NCBI GenBank assembly: GCA_012295275.1
Contig: CM022668.1
Location: 434,001 to 498,000, forward strand
DNA length: 64,000 nt
Direction of reading: 5' to 3'
DNA from: Chrysomallon squamiferum
Lineage: Eukaryota > Animalia > Mollusca
The translations under genes and the position numbers were made by a program. Under the pieces are notes generated by a model. That model was not told the origin of the DNA. It saw only the letters and a list, made by a program, of their open reading frames with translations, and did no database searches. This document shows, one piece after another, positions 1-12,600 of the stretch; the stretch's first letter is position 1; the number at the start of each line of letters is the position of its first letter.

Positions 1-1870
1 GAAATAGTATATCATAATCTTATGCTTGGCTATTGAAAATCAAAATATTAATGCCACATACTTCCCTAGTACAGAGTAGAATTTGCAGGCACAGGCTTTA
101 TTATTATAAAAATATATTTAAGAACACGGGTTCTTAACTGTTAGGGTACTAAAAATGGACTATATAAACCACTTATGTCTGACCTATAGACAACTAAATG
201 CTGTGACATAAATAACATTGGCAACATTAACCTTATTCTTTCAGAGAGAACAAAATGCTGTGACATCAATCACTATGTTTGGTCTAAACTGTTGGTTTTC
301 AAACCTTTTTATATTTTTACATGTGTCAGTAATTCAATTACACTTTGTGTGTATATTTCTCACTAATTGTTATATTAAAACTGCCAGAAACTATTATTTC
401 TACTATGGGTTAGTTGTTTTCAACAGCAGACAACAATAAGCATTCTTAATTTCACTTTTGCTTTTCAGGTTTCATAATTTTACAAGTTCTCATATTTCTT
501 CACTTTATTTTTGCAGTGTATTAAAAGTGGAAAATGTCTATCATTTCTTGAAATGCCGTATCCAGCGTTGAATTGTGGTGTGACCTTTGTATGGGATGAC
601 ACAATTAAGGTATTTGTATTTAACATTTTATTTTTTATTTTTTTATAAGATCAGTGTATATATATTTTGTTGTGATTTGAGATATTTTTTGTCATATCCT
701 GCGTTTTTTTAACAGTACTAACAAAACATTTCAGATTGATATGTCACAAGAGGATCGGATTTGTGAGGAGGAGTAAGCATATGAGGGCAATGTTTGTGAT
801 GTAGGTACACCACAAGATGATAGCTCTTATGATTACAGTAATAATTTCTCATTATGAGAAAAAAAATGAAGACAAAATCTCAAGTAAGATGTATTTGTGC
901 TACTTTGGTGTGTGATCTACGCTCTTATTTTAATTATTATCTTGTTTATTCTTGGTTTTTTATTATTATTTTTCATGTCATAAATGAAACAAATTTTCCT
1001 TTTATTATATATTTATAATTTAACGAAATAAGGGATTAAAAAGTATACAAATTTGAATAATATCATCGATAAATTAGGCAAACATCTGCTAGAAACTAAA
1101 AAAAAAAGATCTTCAGAATTCTTCCTGATCTGTAACCAACAGAAATAATCAAGGTGTGATTGGAAGGTTCAGTCCTCTCATCTTTTTCAAAATACAAATT
1201 TTCTAATCCAAGAAGGTTCTTTCAGTTGCTTGAGTGTTGGCTTCAGTGTTTGGATCATCATAATTTCTGATCCAAGCTATGTCGAATGTGTTGTATTACT
1301 TTACCTGCCTGCTACACATGGTCTTATCTTACAGAAATTTCCAAGATGTTTAGCTGCTGTGGATTGCCCTTTATGTTATAGACCCCACACACAAGTTGTT
1401 TCATCATGTGTAGATCACAAGCCGAAGTAGCACCAATGTATTCATGTTTTTTTCCCACTCACACATACATATACGTAATTACATTCAGTTAAAAACTACT
1501 TCAAACTCGTTATTACATCTATAAGTCATATATAATTTGAAAGGTATAATGTTTGACACACATTTCTGCTTTCAGTTCTTTTGAGATAAACATTTGTCTA
1601 TCAAAAGAAACCAGTAATAAAAGATGTAATGCTTCAAAAGGGGTAATAAAATAATTAAGCCACAGAGTCATGCAAAATGATGTAGTTACAAAACACAACT
1701 GAAGTGTCCTTTGGTGATATGAACACAATTTTCATATATATATCTTACATTCTTACAAACGATATTTTATTTTTAATTCATTTGTTTCTTAATTATTTTT
1801 ATTATTATTATTATTATTATTTTTTTTTTTGCCAGCAAGTCAAAGTTAATAATAAAGTTTAACAAAGAGA

Positions 1871-3480
1871 TTGAAGATGGCTAATAGTTTGAAGAATAGA
1901 AAGAAACTGCAAATAATCTTGATGGAAAATCTAGGTAATGTTCATGGTATTTGTGGCTACCGTGAAGTAGGAAGAAATAATTTTAGACATAACTATAAAG
2001 TAATAGGTAAGTATTTAAAATGTGCATGCACAATAGAAAATGTAAAGAATATTAAACCAATTTGTCCTTATGGTATGGTTGTAGAAAATCTTGGATGGCA
2101 GAATAATGAAAAAAATAATAAAATGATATATATAACATTAAAGGGAACTCATTTTTGTATAGTCCATTTTAATGTATTAGATAAAATAATTGTTTGGCAG
2201 TTAAGGAAAATACTGTAAATAACAAATCAGTTTGAAGAGAAAAAATTATGAGGGAAATCCAGCTAAAAATGTGTTTTATCAAGAAAAGGTTAATCATAGC
2301 ACCTCACATAGTTTTTACATGATGATCATAAATGGAAAAATGGCAAGAAATACTGTAGTAAAGAAAATGTTGAGCTCAGTTATGATACAACACTGGGGAT
2401 ATTGATGAATTCACTAAAGTAGAAAATACAGAAAAAATTTGCTCGGTGAATAGTAATGTTGTAGAACAAGATAATGTTTATGGATAAAATCACTAATGAA
2501 ATTATATCCACCCCATCTTAAGATAGGCTTACAGTAGGAGAATTGTTTGGGTGTTCTGTATCTGATAAGTACTTTACATATAAACTTCCAATGCAGATAA
2601 CATTTGAATTGGAAGCTGGACAGTGGCAAAATTTACTTAAATTATGAAAAGGCAGGCCATCTGAATACGGCAAATGGCAAGATCTGTGAAAATCAAGCAC
2701 TGTCAACAGTGTTAGATTGGATGAATCAATGGTTTTATCTTAGCAGCACTTTCACATAAAGTAATCATGCAAAAATCATGAATCAGCAGTCTGTGTTTTC
2801 AAATGCCAAAAGAACTACTGTTCACATATATTTAGTCATTTAATGAATAAGGTGAAACAAAGTTGCCAGAAAAATGTAAGCAAAAAACCAGCTGCAGAAT
2901 ATTTCTTTATATGGTAAGTCTGATGATGAATAGTAATGATATGAAAGAAATAACAAAATTCCTACATAGACAGACTCTTTTTAAAACACTGGTTTCAGAA
3001 GAATATTCTGATTTTGATGAATGTAATTTTGAACAAGTAGACATGAAAATGTTGCAACCTGGTTTCTATACAGAAGAAGAATTTCTTAATTTAGCTGAAG
3101 ACTCTCCTTTTTAGTAATTTTCTCAAGTTATCTTAGAAAATGTTATGAAAATTTACTTGTCATATAAATTTGAAGAAGTAGTTCTTAAATATTTAAAACA
3201 AATAAATAAATAAAATAAAAAAAATATTGCTCATTTGGTCATTATGGTCCAATATACCTTTGAGAAATATAACAGACTGAAAAAACAGCATCAGAAATTC
3301 ACAGTAATAAAAACTTTATTCACAAAGAGATGAAAACAACTAGCACAATTGAAAATAGATTTAGAATTCTAAAATATACTGGACTGCAAGGCAGAACCCA
3401 AACAGACTGGATGATTTTTCAGAAAACAATTGTTTCAGTACAAAAATTGGCAGCTGCAGTTTGTGTGAAAGAAGAGTGAA
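1871..3480 (+). pseudogene. Decayed transposase-like coding relic (possibly Mutator/NOF-FB-like)
   Basis: Short + strand ORF fragments broken by stops and frameshifts (1871-2218, 2863-3114 'RIFLYMVSLMMNS...KTLVSEE...DSPF', and ~3330-3425 'KTTSTIENRFRILKY...RLDDF' across a frameshift). The motif spacing recalls NOF/MULE-type transposase C-termini. Family assignment is from memory and unverified. Confidence 0.35.
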
Positions 3481-3530
3481 AGAATATTTAAGGAAGATAA
3501 AGAAACCATATAGTAAAAAAATGAACATAA

Positions 3531-3757
3531 CAACAGCAAAAGCTGTTTTAACTAGTAAGTGCATTCCTAAGTATCCAGTCTCATTTTTATACAGGCCAGA
3601 AATGTTAAAGAAATACTGAATTATCTTAACAAAACAAAATTAATAAAAAAACAACAACTTAACAATAGCAAAAGCTGTTTTAACTAGTAAGTATATTCCT
3701 AAGTATCCAGTCTCATTTTTATACAGGCCAGAAATGTTAAAGATATACAGAATTATC
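3531..3757. repeat. Local direct duplication of ~95 bp (two copies ~130 bp apart)
   Basis: AGCAAAAGCTGTTTTAACTAGTAAGT...GTATCCAGTCTCATTTTTATACAGGCCAGAAATGTTAAAG occurs at ~3535 and ~3667 with few mismatches. Confidence 0.9.
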
Positions 3758-3793
3758 AATTTTTTTTTTCTTTATAAAAATGAAATAAAGTTA

Positions 3794-4229
3794 CAGTTGA
3801 ACCTCGGGTTACGAACTTACTTCGTTCCAGAACTCGCTTCGTAAACCGAAACGATGTCAGCCATATTGGATAGGGTATAATAATTTTAAAAAAGCAATAA
3901 CATTTTATGATTTTAAAAAATGCGAGCGCTCAATCTCAGTGCAAAAGCTTTTTGAGCTGCAACTGCTTATCGAAGACTAAAGGCCCTAATTCATGATATA
4001 TTTTTGCTATAGGGCATACCTATAATTCTTACTTTGACGGCGGTTTTGACGTAAGCATCTATTCTTATCTTTACTAGATGTTGGCGTCAAAAGACAGCTT
4101 GTCGTGGCGCGTCGCTGTAGTTCGTAACGCGGAACATTATTCGTAAACCGAGACAGAAATTACCCAAGATCACGGTTCGTTATCCGATTTGTTCGCGTTT
4201 CGAGAGTTTCGTAACCCGAGATTCCACTG
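3794..4229. mobile_element. pogo/Tigger-type MITE (436 bp)
   Basis: Terminal inverted repeats (TIRs) CAGTTGAACCTCGGGTTACGAA and reverse complement CAGTGGAATCTCGGGTTACGAA; TA on both sides (3792-93, 4230-31); internal TTCGTAA(A)CCG sub-repeats; CpG-rich relative to the flanks; no ORF. Confidence 0.85.
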
Positions 4230-5095
4230 TAGCTGCATAAGTGAAAGATTTATCATCACATGAATCAGATTCAACCTGGAAATTTCATGGTGACATGCAT
4301 TACATTTTAGAAAAAATTTTCAAATATATTTTGTCATAATATCTGTATTGAGGTACTCCAACTTTGGGGTTCTTTTCATATGAGCCTGTCAATTCAAGGT
4401 AGAAAACAGATCCTGTCATTATTTAATACTGAAATATCATGATATTGGTTGAAATAAACACATCTGCAGAATTAGCAAATTACTAGTAACTAAAGCATAA
4501 TTTTACGTGTATGCAAAAGCTTTAAAAAATACCCATTAATTGAGTCATTGTTTCAGAAGTTAGTGTCTTGCATTACAGATCTGTATTTTTGACTACTAAA
4601 TCATTAATATGTGATATTTCTGTTTCCTGATGCACTTGAAAATGCTTTGCATTTTATCTGAAATTCTTTAAGGTAGATGAAGGATTTATCTGGAACACTC
4701 ATTGTTTTTTAAATAACTTTTTTATATTGAATAACATGATACATTGGTAACTAGGTTACAACTATCCAAATTATTCTCTGCTTTGTTTCATAATTCTGTT
4801 CAAAATGCTTAGCATTACATGTTAAACTGAGTAAACTAGGACGAGCACAACCAGAAATGATCAGTTATATTTTGGAATTGTTTAAATTTGCAGCACTGGT
4901 AAATTTGTCTAAATACAGTAACCCCAAATGATGAGCCATTCTGGTAATTTTAAAGTTTGATTTATTGATTGATTTATTTGATTACAGTTCATTAAATTCA
5001 TTTTGTTTTTATTGTTGTTTGTTGTCGGAATTTTTATTTCTATTATTTTGTGTGGGAGGTTTGGTGGGGGAGATTTGGGACATGTTCTTTATGGA

Positions 5096-5126
<31 letters not shown>

Positions 5127-5884
5127 CTTGTCTGTTATTATTATTTTTTTTTTTTTCTCAACACATTTTGGACAGTGTAACTACTATGTTGCAAATGTTT
5201 ATTGGGATGAGGTGTTGTGTTTTTCACTTTCTGGATGTTCTTTTAAGAATGATAACTTGAATATATGTAATTATGTTTTAATGCTTGTAAACTGTTTGAT
5301 CTGCATAACAGACAGTTGAAGATCATTATGAATTCCAGATGACCTCATTATTAGTAAGACACAGAACACTCAGACAGTTTCTGTGTTTGAAAGGTTTGTT
5401 GAAGGCCATGATTAATACTTTGTTTCTGAATTAATTTCCAATATCATTTACATAGTCTGTGTTAAGAATCTTTTGATACAAAAAAATGTTCCCACTGATT
5501 GTATATAACAAAAATAACTAGTTAGTGATTTCACACTCTTGAGTGATTGTATTTACATTTGCATTTATAAAAGGACTGTCTAAAAAGAATATAACAACAA
5601 ACCCAACCTTTTGTCTTGACAGAACTTGTTTTACTCATATATTATAGTTTTAAGAAGCAATATTTTCCAATACAAATATGTTATAACTTTGTTGAAATAA
5701 TTTTATACTACATTTATTAAATATAAATTTTGTAAATTCAAATGTTTAAACTATATTTTTATGAGAAATTAATAAATAGTTTTAAAACAGATTTCTGAGT
5801 TACCTTCATAGGATTTTATAATCGATGTAGACATTCTGAATTATTATATTACGGTGTGCATTATGCATGGTCAAACTAACCAAT

Positions 5885-6167
5885 TTTGATATGCTGGAGT
5901 TGGATTTACCGTGTGTATTATTCTTAGATGGTGTCATGAAACTTCCTTGAAGGACCTGATTACAGTTAAGCTTTTTCAGCTTGGTAACAACACAAATCCT
6001 AATTTATTGGGTGTCCAATTTTGAGGGGTTTGTTTTGGAGACACTTTTAGTTTGTAGTATAACATTGGTTTAGGAAAGAAATCATACAGTAATCAGGTCC
6101 ATTAAGGAGATTTGATCATGGAAACCAAGTTCATCAGGTGATCTAAATTCCACTCCAATATATCAAA
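5885..6167. mobile_element. Degenerate foldback/MITE-like inverted repeat
   Basis: TTTGATATGCTGGAGTTGGATTTA (5885) pairs with TAAATTCCACTCCAATATATCAAA (ends 6167); inner arm CCTTGAAGGACCTGATTAC (~5945) pairs with GTAATCAGGTCCATTAAGG (~6089). Confidence 0.6.
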
Positions 6168-6436
6168 TAACATGCCTGTTTGTATATCTTAACATATAAC
6201 TACTTATCACTAAATGTATATCAAATTTCATTACAGAGTGGGTCCTTTTTCTTCCATTTTTTGATTTTTATATTTTTCATTCAGTTTTTAATTTTTGTTT
6301 TTACAGAATTGGTATTTATTTACTTTTATTTCAAATTGTTAACCATATTTAACAAGTTCGCTGGAGGTCAGACATTAACTGTGTGTTATTAATTATCACA
6401 TTGATATTTGTATTTTGGAACAAAATCTTAATGCAG

Positions 6437-6636
6437 NNNNNNNNNNNNNNNNNNNNNNNNNNNNNNNNNNNNNNNNNNNNNNNNNNNNNNNNNNNNNNNN
6501 NNNNNNNNNNNNNNNNNNNNNNNNNNNNNNNNNNNNNNNNNNNNNNNNNNNNNNNNNNNNNNNNNNNNNNNNNNNNNNNNNNNNNNNNNNNNNNNNNNNN
6601 NNNNNNNNNNNNNNNNNNNNNNNNNNNNNNNNNNNN
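6437..6636. other. Assembly gap (200 N)
   Basis: A run of exactly 200 N, a fixed-size scaffolding spacer; true distance unknown. Confidence 0.99.
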
Positions 6637-9600
6637 CGAAAGTTTCAATCGGATACACATATAACATACCGCATTGAATGCGTTCTGTTTTCAACCAGGT
6701 CTTTAAACGCTGTTAAGGGTTAATCATTACCTCTGATTTCCATGATGTTGTGCGTGATTCTGTTTATTGAGAAGAGACGAAGACACGTCGGAGCCGCTCG
6801 CACTCCGAAACTTTCAATCGGATACACACATAACAGACAGCATTGAATGCGTTCAGTTCTCAACCATCTCTTTAAACGCTTTTAAGGGTTAATCATTACA
6901 TCTGATTTCCATGATGTTGTGCGTGATTCTGTTTATTCAGAAAAGAAGTACACATCTCGCTACCGCTCGCACTCCGAAACTTCCAATCGTATGCACGCGT
7001 AACAGACCACATTGAATGCGTTCAGTTCTCAACCAGCTCTGTAGACGCTGTTAAGGGTTAATCATTACCTCTGATTTCCATGATGTTGTGCGTGTTTCTG
7101 TTTGTTGAGATGAGACGAACACACCTCGAAACCGCTCGCACTCAGAAACTTCCAATCGTATGGACACGTAACAGACAGCATTGAATGCGTTCTGTTTTCA
7201 AGCAGTTCTTTAAACGCTGTTAAGGGTTAATCGTTTCCTCTGATTTTCATGATGCTGTGCGTGATACTGTTTATTGACAAGAGACGAACACACGTCGGAG
7301 CCGCTCGCACTGCGAAACTTTCAATCGGATTCACACATAAGAGACAGCATTGAATGCGTTCTGTTTTCAAGCAGGTCTTTAAACGCTGTAAAGGGTTAAT
7401 CATTAGATCTGATTTTGATGAGCTGGTGGGTACGTTCGTTTGTTGAAAAGAGAGGAACACATCTCGCAACCGCTCGCTCTCCGAAACTTCCAATCGTATG
7501 CACACGTAAGAGACAGCATTGAATGCGTTCTGTTTTCAAGCAGGTCTTTAAACGCTTTTAAGGGTTAATCATTACCTCTGACTTCCATGATGTTGTGCGT
7601 GATTCTGTTTATTGAGAAGAGACGAAGACACCTCGCAGCCGCTCGCACTCCGAAACTTTCAATCGGATACACACATAACAGACAGCATTGAATGCGTTCA
7701 GTTCTCAACCATCTCTTTAAACGCTGTTAAGGGTTAATCATTACATCTGATTTCGATGAGGTAGTGCGTGTTTCCGTTTATTGTGATGAGACGAACACAC
7801 CTCGCAACCGCTCGGACTCCGAAACTTTCAATGTTATACCCACGTAACAGACAGCATTGAATGCGTTCTGTTTTCAAGCAGGTCTTTAAACGCTGTTAAG
7901 GGTTAATCATTACATATGATTTCCATGATGCTGTGCGTGATACTGTTTATTGACAAGAGACGAACACACGTCGGAGCTGCTCGCACTCCGAAACTTTCAA
8001 TCGGATACACATATAACAGACAGCATTGAATGCGTTCTGTTTTCAACCAGGTCTTTAAACGCTGTTAAGGGTTAATCATTACCTCTGACTTCAATGATGT
8101 TGTGCGTGATTCTGTTTATTGAGAAGAGACGAACACACGTCGGAGCCGCTCGCACTCCGAAACTTTCAATCGGATGCACACGTAACAGACAGCATTGAAT
8201 GCGTTCTGTTTTCAAGCAGGTCTTTAAACGCTTTTAAGGGTTAATCATTACATCTGATTTCCATGATGTTGTGCGTGATTCTGTTTATTGAGAAGAGACG
8301 AACACACCTCGCAACCGCTCGCACTCCGAAACTTTCAATCGGATGCACACGTAACAGACAGCATTGAATGCGTTCTGTTTTCAAGCAGGTCTTTAAACGC
8401 TGTTAAGGGTTAATCATTACCTCTGATTGCCATGATGTTGTGCGTGATTCTGTTTATTGAGAACAGACGAACACACCTCGCTAACCGCTCGCAAACTTTC
8501 AATCGAAACTTTGAATCGTTCTGTTTTCAACCACTTTAAACGCGTAACAGACAGCATTGAATGCGTTCAGTTCTCAACCAACCGCTCGCACTCCGAAACT
8601 TCCAATCGTATGCACTGTAACCAGCTGCGTTCAAACGCTGTTAACGGGTTAAATCATTACCTCTGATTTCCATGATGTTGTGCGTGTTTCTGTTTGTTGA
8701 GATGAGACGAACACACCTCGAAACCGCTCGCACTCAGAAACTTCCAATCGTATGGACACGTAACAGACAGCATTGAATGCGTTCTGTTTTCAACCAGGTC
8801 TTTAAACGCTGTTAAGGGTTAATCATTACCTCTGATTTCCATGATGTTGTGCGTGATTCTGTTTATTGAGAAGAGACGAACACACGTCGGAGCCGCTCGC
8901 ACTCCGAAACTTTCAATCGGATACACACATAACAGACAGCATTGAATGCGTTCTGTTTTCAAGCAGGTCTTTAAACGCTTTTAAGGGTTAATCATTACAT
9001 CTGATTTCCATGATGTTGTGCGTGATTCTGTTTATTGAGAAGAGACGAACACACGTCGCAGCCGCTCGCACTCCGAAACTTTCAATCGTTGATACACACG
9101 TAACAGACAGCATTGAATGCGTTCTGTTTTCAACCAGCTCTTTAAACCAGGTCTTTAAACGCTGTTAAGGGTTAATCATTACATCTGATTTCCATGATGT
9201 TGTGCGTGATTCTGTTTATTGAGAAGAGACGAACACACCTCGCAACCGCTCGCACTCCGAAACTTCCAATCGTATGCACACGTAACAGACAGCATTGAAT
9301 GCGTTCTGTTTTCAAGCAGGTCTTTAAACGCTGTTAAGGGTTAATCATTACCTCTGATTTCCATGATGTTGTGCGTGATTCTGTTTATTGAGAAGAGACG
9401 AACACACGTCGCAGCCTGCTCGCACTCCGAAACTTTCAATCGGATACACACATAACAGACAGCATTGAATGCGTTCTGTTTTCAAGCAGGTCTTTAAACG
9501 CTGTTAAGGGTTAATCATTACATCTGATTTCCATGATGTTGTGCGTGATTCTGTTTATTGAGAAGAGACGAACACACCTCGCAACCGCTCGCACTCCGAA

Positions 9601-12600
9601 ACTTTCCATCGTATACACACGTAACAGACAGCATTGAATGCGTTCTGTTTTCAAGCAGGTCTTTAAACGCTGTTAAGGGTTAATCATTACATCTGATTTC
9701 CATGATGTTGTGCGTGATTGTGTTTATTCAGAATAGAAGTACACATCTCGCTACCGCTCGCACTCCGAAACTTCCAATCGTATGCACACGTAACAGACAG
9801 CATTGAATGCGTTCAGTTCTCAACCAGCTCTTTAAACGCTGTTAAGGGTTAATCATTACCTCTGATTTCCATGATGTTGTGCGTGTTTCTGTTTATTGAG
9901 ATGAGACGAACACACCTCGCAAGCGCTCGCACTCCGAAACTTCCAATCGTATGCACACGTAACAGACAGCATTGAATGCGTTCTGTTCTCAACCAGCTCT
10001 TTAAACGCTGTTAAGGGTTAATCATTACCTCTGATTTCCATGATGTTGTGCGTGATACTGTTTATTGAGAAGAGACGAACACACGTCGGAGCCGCTCGCA
10101 CTGCGAAACTTTCAATCGGATTCACACATAACAGACAGCATTGAATGCGTTCTGTTTTCAAGCAGGTCTTTAAACGCTGTAAAGGGTTAATCATTAGATC
10201 TGATTTTGATGAGCTGGTGGGTACGTTCGTTTGTTGAAAAGAGAGGAACACATCTCGCAACCGCTCGCTCTCCGAAACTTCCAATCGTATGCACACGTAA
10301 GAGACAGCATTGAATGCGTTCTGTTTTCAAGCAGGTCTTTAAACGCTTTTAAGGGTTAATCATTACCTCTGACTTCCATGATGTTGTGCGTGATTCTGTT
10401 TATTGAGAAGAGACGAAGACACCTCGCAGCCGCTCGCACTCCGAAACTTTCAATCGGATACACACATAACAGACAGCATTGAATGCGTTCAGTTCTCAAC
10501 CATCTCTTTAAACGCTGTTAAGGGTTAATCATTACATCTGATTTCGATGAGGTAGTGCGTGTTTCCGTTTATTGTGATGAGACGAACACACCTCGCAACC
10601 GCTCGGACTCCGAAACTTTCAATGTTATACCCACGTAACAGACAGCATTGAATGCGTTCTGTTTTCAAGCAGGTCTTTAAACGCTGTTAAGGGTTAATCA
10701 TTACATATGATATCCATGATGCTGTGCGTGATACTGTTTATTGACAAGAGACGAACACACGTCGGAGCTGCTCGCACTCCGAAAGTTTCAATCGGATACA
10801 CATATAACAAACAGCATTGAATGCGTTCTGTTTTCAATCAGGTCTTCAAACGCTGTTAAGGGTTAATCATTACTCTGATTTCCATGATGTTGTCCGTGAT
10901 TCTGTTTATTGACAACAGACGAAGACACGTCGGAGCCGCTCGCACTCCGAAACTTTCAATCGGATTCACACATAACAGACAGCATTGAATGCGTTCTGTT
11001 TTCAAGCAGGTCTTTAAACGCTTTTAAGGGTTAATCATTACATCTGATTTCCATGATGTTGTGCGTGATTGTGTTTATTCAGAATAGAAGTACACATCTC
11101 GCTACCGCTCGCACTCCGAAACTTCCAATCGTATGCACGCGTAACAGACCACATTGAATGCGTTCAGTTCTCAACCAGCTCTGTAGACGCTGTTAAGGGT
11201 TAATCATTACCTCTGATTTCCATGATGTTGTGCGTGTTTCTGTTTGTTGAGATGAGACGAACACACCTCGAAACCGCTCGCACTCAGAAACTTCCAATCG
11301 TATGGACACGTAACAGACAGCATTGAATGCGTTCAGTTCTCAACCAGCTCTGTAGACGCTGTTAAGGGTTAATCATTACCTCTGATTTCCATGATGTTGT
11401 GCGTGTTTCTGTTTGTTGAGATGAGACGAACACACCTCGAAACCGCTCGCACTCAGAAACTTCCAATCGTATGGACACGTAACAGACAGCATTGAATGCG
11501 TTCTGTTTTCAAGCAGTTCTTTAAACGCTGTTAAGGGTTAATCGTTACCTCTGATTTCCATGATGCTGTGCGTGATACTGCTTATTGACAAGAAAGGAAC
11601 ACACGTCGAAACCGCTCGCACTCGGAAACTTTCAATCGGATACGCACATAACAGACACCATTGCATAAGTTCAGTTCTCAAGCAGCCCTTTAAACGCTTT
11701 TAAGGGTTAATCATTACATCTGTTTTCCATGATGTTGTGCGTGTTTCTGCTGATTGAGATGAGACGAACACACCTCGCAGCCGCTGGCACTCCGAAACTT
11801 TCCATGTTATACCCACGTAACAGACAGCATTAAATGCGTTCTGTTTTCAAGCAGGTCTTTAAACGCTGTTAATGGTTAATCATTACATCTGATTTCCATG
11901 ATGTTGTGCGTGATTGTGTTTATTCAGAAGAGAAGTACACACGTCGCAACCGCTCGCACTCCGAAACTTCCAATCGTATGCACACGTAACAGACAGCATT
12001 GAATGCGTTCAGTTCTCAACCAGCTGTTTAAACCCTGTTAAGGGTTAATCATTACCTCTGATTTCCATGATGTTGTGCGTGTTTCTGTTTATTGAGATGA
12101 GACGAACACACCTCGCAAGCGCTCGCACTCCGAAACTTCCAATCGTATGCACACGTAACAGTCAGCATTGAATGCGTTCTGTTCCCAACCAGCTGTTAAG
12201 GGTTAATCATTACCTCTGATATCCATGATGTTGTGCGTGATACTGTTTATTGAGAAGAGACGAACACACGTCGGAGCCGCTCGCACTGCGAAACTTTCAA
12301 TCGGATTCACATTGAGAAGAGACATAACAATCGACAGCATTGAATGCGTTCTGTTTTCAAGCAGGTCTTTAAACGCTTTTAAGGGTTAATCATTACATCT
12401 GATTTCCATGATGTTGTGCGTGATTGTGTTTATTCAGAATAGAAGTACACATCTCGCTACCGCTCGCACTCCGAAACTTCCAATCGTATGCACGCGTAAC
12501 AGACCACATTGAATGCGTTCAATTCTCAACCAGCTCTGTAGACGCTGTTAAGGGTTAATCATTACCTCTGATTTCCATGATGTTGTGCGTGTTTCTGTTT

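Noticed and set aside
6400-6700. Direct adjacency of the left unique region and the satellite
   Set aside because: They are separated by a scaffold gap of unknown size, so no junction inference is possible.
6349-6723. ORFs spanning the N run
   Set aside because: Artefacts of the assembly gap.
6787-6812. Canonical CENP-B box on the minus strand (TTTCGGAGTGCGAGCGG)
   Set aside because: Spacing is TTCG-N9-CGG rather than TTCG-N4-A-N2-CGGG, so essential positions do not match.
7405-7460. Satellite-encoded hammerhead ribozyme (TGATGAG...GAAA)
   Set aside because: No CTGANGA core with a closing stem II and CGAAA on either strand of the monomers I read. An Infernal scan would be the definitive test.
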